In this document: positions 56,401 through 64,000 of the stretch, in pieces
How the letters are laid out: each line of letters starts with the position of its first letter
Position numbering within the stretch: position 1 is the stretch's first letter
Source of the DNA: an uncultured virus (IMG/VR IMGVR_UViG_3300034106_002431)
Taxonomy: Duplodnaviria; Heunggongvirae; Uroviricota; Caudoviricetes
Virus record (IMG/VR): IMGVR_UViG_3300034106_002431
Length of the DNA stretch: 64,000 nucleotides
Reading direction: 5' to 3' (one strand)
Position numbers and translations under genes: made by a program
Notes under the pieces: generated by a model
What the model was told of the DNA's origin: nothing
Databases searched by the model: none
What the model saw: only the letters and a program-made list of their open reading frames with translations

Positions 56401-56785
56401 TGCTTATCCCTTCTCTTAGTTTGTCCAGTATGAATAACATCTTGTCTAATTGTACCTTATCCATGGTGCTCGTGTCAACTTGTATCGCAGAGTCTTTGCT
56501 GATCAAATTGTCTACCATTGGTGCTGTATAAAACCCATTGTCTTTAATCCAGTACGCTTCATTTTCAACAATGATAACTCTAACATTTTCTTTTTCTTGA
56601 CGAATTTTTGACTGGCTTTTTCTATTTATCTTTTCAATATATTTTCTCTGCTTGGAGTATTGATTATGGATCATAGATTGAGTCATCATGGGCTCATAAA
56701 CTTTTTCCTTTTTAAAGAAGACTATGTATCCTATTATTAATAATAAAGGAACAGTTAAAGCCAACGCTCCATACAGACTATTCAT
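56372..56785 (-). CDS. Membrane-anchored hypothetical protein
   Basis: N-terminal TM; AYWIKDN.FY.A. Confidence 0.6.
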   Translation of the reverse strand: MNSLYGALALTVPLLLIIGYIVFFKKEKVYEPMMTQSMIHNQYSKQRKYIEKINRKSQSKIRQEKENVRVIIVENEAYWIKDNGFYTAPMVDNLISKDSAIQVDTSTMDKVQLDKMLFILDKLREGISNDSRGAGND

Positions 56786-56819
56786 GAATGCCCCCAGATA
56801 ACGATTGTATCACTTTTCT

Positions 56820-57041
56820 TTAAACCCTCAGTCTCCAGTTCATGGCTTTAGGACCTTGCTTTATCATTTGAAACATATGGTGCTTATATTGTTCTGTTAG
56901 TTCTGCATAGATTTCTGGATTTACTAACTCAAGTTTGTCTGTTATAGAGTAAAGCATTTCGCCTTTTTCATCTATTCCAGCCATCTCTATGGCACCTTGC
57001 ATAATTAAATGCTCTACCATTGCTTGGCTTCTTAGGTTCAT
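56820..57041 (-). CDS. Hypothetical protein
   Basis: GID..GEMLY.IT motif. Confidence 0.6.
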   Translation of the reverse strand: MNLRSQAMVEHLIMQGAIEMAGIDEKGEMLYSITDKLELVNPEIYAELTEQYKHHMFQMIKQGPKAMNWRLRV

Positions 57042-57448
57042 TACTTCCCAGACTTCTTTCTAGCCTTTGCAAGTGCGTCAAAGTCCTTAACCTTTGTGTC
57101 GCCCAGATATCCCCATGCATAGCCATCATTAATCATCATGTCATTTAAAGACACTGTGTCATCATTAACGTATATCCAACCCAAGATACGGCCATACTTT
57201 TCAGATGAATCCATCTTCTCAGTCTTGATTACAACAGATTTGGCATCTTTTAGAGCCTTCTTTAAATATTCTTTAGACTCAAGGCCAAGAGCCTTTTCCT
57301 TAAGATCTTTTGTGCGAGACTCAGGAGTATCAATACCAGCCAATCTTACACGAGATGAAAACAAAATGTCAAACCCTAAATCAATAAGAACGTCAATGGT
57401 ATCTCCATCTACTACATTCTCTACTTTTCTTACATAATACTGATACAT
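57041..57448 (-). CDS. Thermonuclease (SNase-like)
   Basis: VVDGDTID, RVRLAGIDTPE, EKYGRILG. Confidence 0.9.
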   Translation of the reverse strand: MYQYYVRKVENVVDGDTIDVLIDLGFDILFSSRVRLAGIDTPESRTKDLKEKALGLESKEYLKKALKDAKSVVIKTEKMDSSEKYGRILGWIYVNDDTVSLNDMMINDGYAWGYLGDTKVKDFDALAKARKKSGK

Positions 57449-57459
57449 AATAAGCCCCC

Positions 57460-57744
57460 TTAGACCCAATGTTTAATTATAGCACTTACAGCAAGAATTG
57501 TCCACAGTATATTAAACCAAATAATTGTAGGCAAAGTCTTTACTGTCGATGACCAAATCAATGCAAGGCTTGATACCAATGCAAAGATGTATAGCCACCA
57601 CCATTGCTTACCGAATAGTAAGCCTGGAAATATAATAGATATTTTTGTCATAAAAGCAAAGAACTCAACAGTGTTTGGCTTGTTCCAATACTCTTTGTGT
57701 CTCATTGTCTTTAGAGCATTAATCCACTCTGTTCTAAATTTCAT
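57460..57744 (-). CDS. Small membrane protein
   Basis: Three hydrophobic segments. Confidence 0.6.
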   Translation of the reverse strand: MKFRTEWINALKTMRHKEYWNKPNTVEFFAFMTKISIIFPGLLFGKQWWWLYIFALVSSLALIWSSTVKTLPTIIWFNILWTILAVSAIIKHWV

Positions 57745-59285
57745 TTTAATCCCTCCAAAAATTTCCTGTGATCTACACATTCTGACACCTTGTAGTCTTG
57801 ATATTTCTTGTAATAGTCATACATATCAACACCCTTTTTATAGTCTGCAGAATTTTCTATATATGCTTTTGCAACATCTTTATTAATTGTGTTGTGTGCA
57901 GATCCCACAAAGGTCCAACTATTTGATGACCAGTGCTCTCCAGAGTCAAACTTGTTTGGAAGTCTGACATTCCACTTGTTAATTTTTTCTTGCAGATCTT
58001 TTGGCGCATTCTCATATGAAAACTTTTTCCAAAACTCTGTATCATTTCTTAAAGTCATATAGTGAAAATATATAAATTCAGAAATATTATTGTTCATACT
58101 AACTATGTTCTTGTTAAACTCTTGTCTTATCTCTTTCGAGTTCTCGAATAGCCATAGCGGATTGTCAAATATCTGTGTCAACTCTACAATGCTAACCCAA
58201 ATTGATGTTGCTTCTAGTGGCTCAACAAAGTTTGCTGCAAGGCCTACTGCAACACAGTTGTTGATCCAGGGCTCTTCATAGCATCCAGCATTAAACTTAA
58301 AGCCACCCTTGTCTTTTCTTGGATAGGTTGGCTCATAGCCTAAGAACTCTTCTATCTCTTTCACTGCTGCTTCTTCAGAGATAAGGGATGAGTCGTAGAC
58401 ATACCCACAACCAAACCTGTTCTGGAGTGGAATCTTCCACATCCATCCGTATTTCATAGCAATTGCTTCTGTGTAGGATGGAATCTTATCTGTCATCTCA
58501 ACAAAAAATGGAACAGCAGAATCTACTGGAAGAAAATCTTTATAACTTTTCCATTTAGAGTCATATACTTTTCCAATGATTAGCCTGTGAAATCCGCTAC
58601 AATCAAAAACAAAATCACACATAATCTTTTCATCATTTTCTAAAGTTAAACCATTTACATAGTTATCTTTATCTAGTGAGACATTTTTTATTGTGCCATC
58701 AACTACTTTAATTCCTCTTTCTTTTCCTATTTCTTTTAGTCTATTTGCTAGTTTGGTAGCATTAAAATGTATAGAAATATTTCCTATTTTTTTATAATCA
58801 TCTATAGGATCTTTTTTAGATACAAATCCGAAATCTCTCTTGTTTGCTTCCAAAGTAAAGGGGACTTTATTTGCTTCTGAAATTTTTTCTGTAAAGTCTA
58901 TCTTCTTTACGCTATTATTTAAAGCAATGCTTGCTGCAATAAGAGGGCTATTAGAAAGATACCTATCGTACACAGCATCAAAGCCTAGCGACCTATCTGT
59001 TGTAGAAAAACCATGGTAATAAAACTCTCCATCATTGTTCCAATTTGTAAACTTGATTCCATTTTTAATAGTTGCATCACAATTTTTTATTAGGTCAGAC
59101 AAAGGAATATTTAAATGGTCAAAGAAATCTGCAAGGTATGGGGTTGACCCTTCTCCTGCTCCCAAGATTCCTATTTCTGTTGACTCAATAACAGTTATGT
59201 TTAGGTCTGGGTATGATCTTTGGGCTTTAAGTGCAGTAAGCCATCCAGCACTTCCACCACCAACAACAACTATATTCTTTGTCAT
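57741..59285 (-). CDS. Tryptophan-halogenase-family flavoprotein
   Basis: GGGSAGW, GAGEGSTP, ATIKNGIKF.NW, FVFDCSGF, GWMWKIP, FVEPLEATSI. Confidence 0.9.
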   Translation of the reverse strand: MTKNIVVVGGGSAGWLTALKAQRSYPDLNITVIESTEIGILGAGEGSTPYLADFFDHLNIPLSDLIKNCDATIKNGIKFTNWNNDGEFYYHGFSTTDRSLGFDAVYDRYLSNSPLIAASIALNNSVKKIDFTEKISEANKVPFTLEANKRDFGFVSKKDPIDDYKKIGNISIHFNATKLANRLKEIGKERGIKVVDGTIKNVSLDKDNYVNGLTLENDEKIMCDFVFDCSGFHRLIIGKVYDSKWKSYKDFLPVDSAVPFFVEMTDKIPSYTEAIAMKYGWMWKIPLQNRFGCGYVYDSSLISEEAAVKEIEEFLGYEPTYPRKDKGGFKFNAGCYEEPWINNCVAVGLAANFVEPLEATSIWVSIVELTQIFDNPLWLFENSKEIRQEFNKNIVSMNNNISEFIYFHYMTLRNDTEFWKKFSYENAPKDLQEKINKWNVRLPNKFDSGEHWSSNSWTFVGSAHNTINKDVAKAYIENSADYKKGVDMYDYYKKYQDYKVSECVDHRKFLEGLK

Positions 59286-59488
59286 TACTTTCTCCCCCAT
59301 TTAACCTTATTCCAACCACGCTCATGGAAGTAATAAAGGATTGTTTTTGTAACTACCTCGAAACTTGCGATTGCACCTGCTGTAACTGGTTCTTTGGTTA
59401 TAAGCCAAGCAATAGCAAATGTATCTGCTGTTCCAATTATACGCCAGGTAATGGCCTTTAATGCTGATCTTTGTTTAGATACATTCAT
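59285..59488 (-). CDS. DUF2061 membrane protein
   Basis: RSALKAITWRI...YYFHERGW. Confidence 0.85.
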   Translation of the reverse strand: MNVSKQRSALKAITWRIIGTADTFAIAWLITKEPVTAGAIASFEVVTKTILYYFHERGWNKVKWGRK

Positions 59489-59536
59489 GCTGGCCACTCC
59501 ATATTTTTAGGACCTTTACTGATTATGTTCCAAACC

Positions 59537-60295
59537 TTAGATACCCATCTCTTTACGCTTTTGCGTAGCCGATATAGCATGAATGTCTGCCCCCAAATCT
59601 ACTTGTTCAATCTTATATCCGACATCTCTGCCATATACAATGTTAGTAATGTTAGGTAGTCTTAATACTAATGCACCATCCATAAATTCATCTTTGGCAA
59701 TATACTCTTTTACCTGATCAAACTTAAGTGGATCCTTCTCGCTTGTGTTGTAGGTATTACGAACCCCAAGAAGTACCTGCTCTGTTCTTTTCCCTGCCTC
59801 TTTGTAAAGAGCGTGATGTCCTTCATGCCATGGCTGATATCTGCCCAGCATAAGGGTTGTAGGGGCTGTCCAGTCGTGTAACTGGCAAGCAGCAATGATA
59901 AGGTCAGCCTCTTCTTCTACTGTCATCCCACAGGGGATTCTGACATCACATGACTCTGGGTCTTCCCACATCTTGTTTGTATCTTCAAATCTTCCAGACT
60001 CAATTCTGTCTACCCAAATTAAAATATCTGGCTTACCAAAGGCTGCACGGGTTAGATCAGTTGGGCATACGAAATCAACTATCACTGGAGCAACTCCCTG
60101 CTTAGAAATAAGTCTAGCCATGTCTCCCATACGTCTTGCCTGTTCAATTCTGTCTTCAGGGCTAAAACCTAGATCTGAGTTTACTGTTGCACGAACCTCA
60201 TCTGCATTAAGATGGATAGCGTTAATTCTTTCTTTGAGTGCCTTGGCCAACTCTGTCTTGCCTGCACCTGGCAGACCAATAATCTGAATAATCAT
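59537..60295 (-). CDS. Adenylyl-sulfate-kinase-like domain fused to a HIGH-type nucleotidyltransferase domain
   Basis: GLPGAGKT P-loop, LNADEVR, LGFSPEDRIEQARR; C-terminal GRYQPWHEGH...ISAT. Confidence 0.8.
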   Translation of the reverse strand: MIIQIIGLPGAGKTELAKALKERINAIHLNADEVRATVNSDLGFSPEDRIEQARRMGDMARLISKQGVAPVIVDFVCPTDLTRAAFGKPDILIWVDRIESGRFEDTNKMWEDPESCDVRIPCGMTVEEEADLIIAACQLHDWTAPTTLMLGRYQPWHEGHHALYKEAGKRTEQVLLGVRNTYNTSEKDPLKFDQVKEYIAKDEFMDGALVLRLPNITNIVYGRDVGYKIEQVDLGADIHAISATQKRKEMGI

Positions 60296-60855
60296 TTTTT
60301 CCCTATCTCTGTGTTTGGCATAATGTCAATTAACAAATGTACCCTATCTATTTCACTGCCATTATTTACATAGTGAGTTCTTGAGTTGTTTATTTCCCAA
60401 CATTCTCCAGTGCCCATCTTAACCCTATCATCTCCTACACCAAAGAATACACTGTCAGAAGTAACTACTGGGATGTGGTTTCTTCTTGAAAGCATTAGAT
60501 AGTCTCCTGCATCATGATGATGTGCTATATCTTGACCTGCTTTTAACTTAATCAAAAGGACCATACCTCTGACACCCTTGTGGATTCTTTCAAGGTCTGA
60601 GATTATTGGCTCAAGAATTTCAAGCAGCCCAGTATCATTAGATGTTTTCTGAGTAGAAAATTCTTCTCCTTCTTTCCACATAAGATCTGCGGTATAGACA
60701 AAGTATGAGTTAGTATCTTTATGAACATAGTAGTTATCTTGTCTTGATGTATTGATAAACCACTCGTCAGAAAAACTATCTATATAGTTTTTGATGGGCT
60801 CAACATCATACTTACTGTGTTGCTTAAAGTTAAAGTCTTCTAGCGTCTTTCTCAT
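60292..60855 (-). CDS. Aspartyl/asparaginyl beta-hydroxylase-family 2OG oxygenase
   Basis: HHD...RNHIP...GECWEINN...H.V.N....RVHLLID. Confidence 0.85.
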   Translation of the reverse strand: MRKTLEDFNFKQHSKYDVEPIKNYIDSFSDEWFINTSRQDNYYVHKDTNSYFVYTADLMWKEGEEFSTQKTSNDTGLLEILEPIISDLERIHKGVRGMVLLIKLKAGQDIAHHHDAGDYLMLSRRNHIPVVTSDSVFFGVGDDRVKMGTGECWEINNSRTHYVNNGSEIDRVHLLIDIMPNTEIGKK

Positions 60856-61451
60856 TTTGCCTCCAGGGTCTGATTAAAATCTTTAGAATATCCAAAGTTA
60901 ATAAAGTCAGAACTGTAGAAATCCTGAACCATTTTTATTGCCTCATCTGAATATTCTTGTATATATGATTCTACCACATAGTTGCCTACATTGTAAAATC
61001 CAAGTTCCCAGCCGAGTTCATCCTCTAACTCTTTTAGGTTTTCAAACTTATAAAGTCTTTCTACTTGAAGGATGTCCTGATCCATAATATAAAAAGACTG
61101 GGGTATGTGTAGCAGTGGGCTTATTGTAGATATTTTTCCTTGCTTAATGTTGTCTAGATATTGTGCAAAAGATATGTTTGTTTGATTAGTTTTGTTGTAC
61201 TGCTTGTAACAACTGTAGGTTCTTGTGTATGGATTTCTTACAACAGCAAAAGAAAATACTTTTTCATCTATTAAATTTGCCTCTTTTAAATATGAGTATG
61301 GGTCATGATGCCTTGGCCATTCTCTCTTCCAGTTATCCAAATTGTTTTCATCTAATATTTTAGAAATTGAAGAGCCTGCAGTTTTTGGTATGTGAACAAA
61401 CAAGACTGAACCATACTTTTTCCCTTTAATTATCATCTTGTTCAGACTCAC
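60852..61451 (-). CDS. Sulfotransferase family 2 protein
   Basis: FVHIPKTAGSS, FAVVRNPY.R.YS, H.PQ, KFENL, DF..FGY. Confidence 0.85.
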   Translation of the reverse strand: MSLNKMIIKGKKYGSVLFVHIPKTAGSSISKILDENNLDNWKREWPRHHDPYSYLKEANLIDEKVFSFAVVRNPYTRTYSCYKQYNKTNQTNISFAQYLDNIKQGKISTISPLLHIPQSFYIMDQDILQVERLYKFENLKELEDELGWELGFYNVGNYVVESYIQEYSDEAIKMVQDFYSSDFINFGYSKDFNQTLEAK

Positions 61452-62265
61452 TATTTATTTCTTTAACAAGTTTATGTACCATCGTATCGTTGTTCTGGTT
61501 CCATTCATCTTTAAAGTTAGTTGTGTTAGTGAACAACAATAGATCAGTTATCCCTTCATCCTTAAGATCAATTATTTGTTGTTTAACTGTTTGATAATTT
61601 CCAATTATTGACCACTTTAAGGACCTAGGGTTAAGCGCAAGTGAACTTTCTTCATACTCTTTAATATCTTCATCTGATTCTAAAATGGTTACATTAGCAC
61701 TGACCATTCGGTTTTTAATGCCATCAAACTTTTCTAGATTTTCTCTGTATGTGTCTAGCATACACAAAGAAGTACCATTAAACATTCTGACAGTCTCTAA
61801 AGAGTAGTCAGAAAAACCACTAAAAACCATTGGTGGTCTTATTTTTGTTGGGCAATACATTTTGTACATGTTTACAAAATTTCTCAAGTATGTAGTTCTT
61901 TTTTGAATGCTATCAACTGACTCTGATTCCCCAAAGATGTCAAACTCTAAATCTGGCTCATCTTCTCTTTGATGAAAATCACCAGCCACCCAGTTAAACA
62001 CGAGTCTGTTGCTATCTATTTGGTCATATCCTATAGTCATCATTCCAGCATACTGAGCACTTACGTGGTATGGCCTTAAAGCAATCATGTACTTTAATTT
62101 ATTTCCTGGAATTAATGCTGCTGCAGACTTTATAAAGTAGTCTCCTTGTTGTGAATGAAAAGTTAGCAAGACTGACTTATATCCAGAATCCTCTAGTTTG
62201 CTAGAAAGATCTTTTAGTTCTTGTACATTTTTATGCTGATCCCTCAACATGTAATGAATCTTCAT
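61426..62265 (-). CDS. Luciferase-like monooxygenase-fold protein (paralog of 53870-54751)
   Basis: LKYMIALRPY.VS.QY...NRLVFNWVAG. Confidence 0.65.
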   Translation of the reverse strand: MKIHYMLRDQHKNVQELKDLSSKLEDSGYKSVLLTFHSQQGDYFIKSAAALIPGNKLKYMIALRPYHVSAQYAGMMTIGYDQIDSNRLVFNWVAGDFHQREDEPDLEFDIFGESESVDSIQKRTTYLRNFVNMYKMYCPTKIRPPMVFSGFSDYSLETVRMFNGTSLCMLDTYRENLEKFDGIKNRMVSANVTILESDEDIKEYEESSLALNPRSLKWSIIGNYQTVKQQIIDLKDEGITDLLLFTNTTNFKDEWNQNNDTMVHKLVKEINSESEQDDN

Positions 62266-62495
62266 TACTGTGCTAGTTTTTCTCGCTCATCAATAACACT
62301 GATCATAAATGACATCATGCTATTGTAGCCATCTGGAATAGCCATGATTTTATTGTAGTGGTGACCACAGAAGAATAAATCTCCAGTTATTCCAGTAACC
62401 TTGACTAGTGCCTCTGCGTTGCATCGATCACAACGATCAAGGGGTGTAAGTGTCCATTCTTTTTCTTCAGCCTTGTCTTTGATCATACTAAACAT
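62265..62495 (-). CDS. Small actinobacterial Zn-finger protein
   Basis: LTPLDRCDRC.AEA...L.FCGHH. Confidence 0.7.
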   Translation of the reverse strand: MFSMIKDKAEEKEWTLTPLDRCDRCNAEALVKVTGITGDLFFCGHHYNKIMAIPDGYNSMMSFMISVIDEREKLAQ

Positions 62496-62499
62496 TATA

Positions 62500-62685
62500 C
62501 TACCGCTTTCTGTTATCAGTGGAATAAAATCCACTACCGTTGAATACTGCTCCTACATTAGAGTATACACGAACTAGAGGTGAATTGCAAGTTTCACATT
62601 TATATCCAGGATCGTTTTCTTGAATAGATCTTTCTTTGGTAAATCTTTGTGCACATGGCATACAATCATATTCGTACAGTGCCAT
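62500..62685 (-). CDS. FmdB-family zinc-ribbon protein
   Basis: YEYDC..C...C..C...FNGSGFYSTD. Confidence 0.88.
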   Translation of the reverse strand: MALYEYDCMPCAQRFTKERSIQENDPGYKCETCNSPLVRVYSNVGAVFNGSGFYSTDNRKR

Positions 62686-62795
62686 AGGCTACTTCTTCTT
62701 TTTTGCTTTTACTGTCCAAACAGGTGCGTTAAGATTATCGCCACCCCAGTCATAGCCAAGTGCTTTAACAACAAACCTAATTATTTTAATACGCA

Positions 62796-63014
62796 TTATT
62801 TAATTCCCTTTCCAAATTTAGCCCAGACTCTCTCATGTAGGTAATAGAATGTCATTTCTAATGCCATGTATGAAAGTGCGTATAGTCCAACATACTCCCA
62901 TTCAGCCTCACCATAAATTATATGGCTTGCTGCAAATAAAATTCCAGCAACAAAAGTAAAATGTACAAATGGCCAACTGATTGTTTTTAGTACTGATTTC
63001 TTTTTAGATTCCAT
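62796..63014 (-). CDS. DUF2061-like membrane protein
   Basis: KSVLKTISW...YYLHERVW. Confidence 0.75.
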   Translation of the reverse strand: MESKKKSVLKTISWPFVHFTFVAGILFAASHIIYGEAEWEYVGLYALSYMALEMTFYYLHERVWAKFGKGIK

Positions 63015-63658
63015 TATAGTGCCACAGGTCCCTTTCCTCCGCCACCAGATGACTTCTTTACTGCTGGCTTTGCTGATTTTTTTGCAGCATCTGCAGTTGT
63101 AGTCTTAACAGGTGTTGCTGCTAACTTGTTTAGTAGTGGAGCATTCTCTTCTCCAGTATAAACTGGACGGCCCCAACCAACTACAGCATTAACTAACTTC
63201 TTCTTGTTGTTTTTTACATATGCACGAGTCTTCTCTACGCACATTCCTCCGTTGCGCTGATCTCCCTTTGCAGTTCCTGAAGTGTTTCCTTCAATAACTT
63301 GGATTGTTCCATCGCCATTGTTCTTAATGCAAAGACCAACATGTGAAATACGATTTACACCATCATCTGGAAAATCAAAATAGATCCAGTCTCCTGCTTG
63401 TGGATCATCATTACGAGCATCTGACCAACGCTCATTCTTCTTAAACCAGTCTGATGCCTGAACTGTTGATGCAGACTTAGGGAATGACTTTACGCCTGAT
63501 GTAAATGCACACCAAGAAACAAAAGATTGGCACCATGGCTGGAAGTTAACCTTAATCCATGCACCATACTTTGTTTCGTTATCTTTTGGGCCTTCTATTG
63601 TGCCCAACTCTTTCTTTGCAACCTCAATGATTGCTTCTAGACTACCTTTTGCTGCCAT
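63014..63658 (-). CDS. CHAP-domain endolysin/amidase
   Basis: N.TKYG, QPWCQSFVSW, HVG, IEGNT; AAGGAGG RBS. Confidence 0.88.
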   Translation of the reverse strand: MAAKGSLEAIIEVAKKELGTIEGPKDNETKYGAWIKVNFQPWCQSFVSWCAFTSGVKSFPKSASTVQASDWFKKNERWSDARNDDPQAGDWIYFDFPDDGVNRISHVGLCIKNNGDGTIQVIEGNTSGTAKGDQRNGGMCVEKTRAYVKNNKKKLVNAVVGWGRPVYTGEENAPLLNKLAATPVKTTTADAAKKSAKPAVKKSSGGGGKGPVAL

Positions 63659-63729
63659 GATATGCCTCCTTATTGACATGTAGTTCTATTATATCAGAAC
63701 AATAGCATGTCTGTCAACAGGGGGATATA

Positions 63730-64000
63730 TTATATTTTTACTAGGGATGGATTAAGAGCAGACTTTGCTCCCGCAATAGCCTTTTCAATTTCAGAACAAA
63801 CAAATGCAAACTCTTCTTCAAAGATTTCTGGAGATCTATCAGGTCCCATTGCTGGGCTCTTTCCTTCTGCAATCATTGCCTCTTTTAGAGTTTTTTCGAT
63901 GTCATAGTTTAGGACTGTGCATGTAAAGTGCTTCATCACATATCCATCTTTATCAATTAAGTACTTCTCGTAGTTACCACCCATTTGCACTCCATCATAG
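63730..64000 (-). CDS. Glutathione-peroxidase-like protein, C-terminal part (begins beyond the window)
   Basis: GNYEKYLIDKDG resembles the GPx WNFEKFL motif. Confidence 0.6.
   Translation of the reverse strand, partial: YDGVQMGGNYEKYLIDKDGYVMKHFTCTVLNYDIEKTLKEAMIAEGKSPAMGPDRSPEIFEEEFAFVCSEIEKAIAGAKSALNPSLVKI

Overview
A 64-kb segment of a large, AT-rich tailed phage genome. The host is probably a low-GC freshwater actinobacterium; this is inferred from a WhiB gene, pervasive leaderless TANNNT promoters and Crp/WhiA-like boxes. 1-28.9 kb, mostly minus strand, holds virion/tail genes and a class II RNR. It also holds two cassettes in which a Pro-rich virion-type protein ending in a shared Cys-rich tail is followed by a run of 2OG-Fe(II) oxygenases plus an SDR or a glycosyltransferase-like gene. 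Transcription diverges at about 31.9 kb into a plus-strand early-type region of small ORFs (32-50 kb). Its intergenic spaces carry many repeated motifs: TGTGA-N6-TCACA boxes, TGTCAG-N10-TANNNT promoters, GGGCGCCC boxes, GACACGCC boxes and DnaA boxes. 50-64 kb (minus strand) holds auxiliary metabolic, modification and lysis genes: PstS, Hsp20, WhiB, halogenase-like, APS kinase fusion, sulfotransferases, luciferase-like monooxygenases and a CHAP endolysin. Three tRNAs are present. The most notable observations are (1) a ~26-31 nt H-type RNA pseudoknot found seven times at 3' ends with a fully covarying first stem, plus several promoter-driven small structured RNAs, and (2) the putative proline-hydroxylation/glycosylation system for Pro-rich virion proteins. 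All calls come from reading the sequence; no database searches were run.
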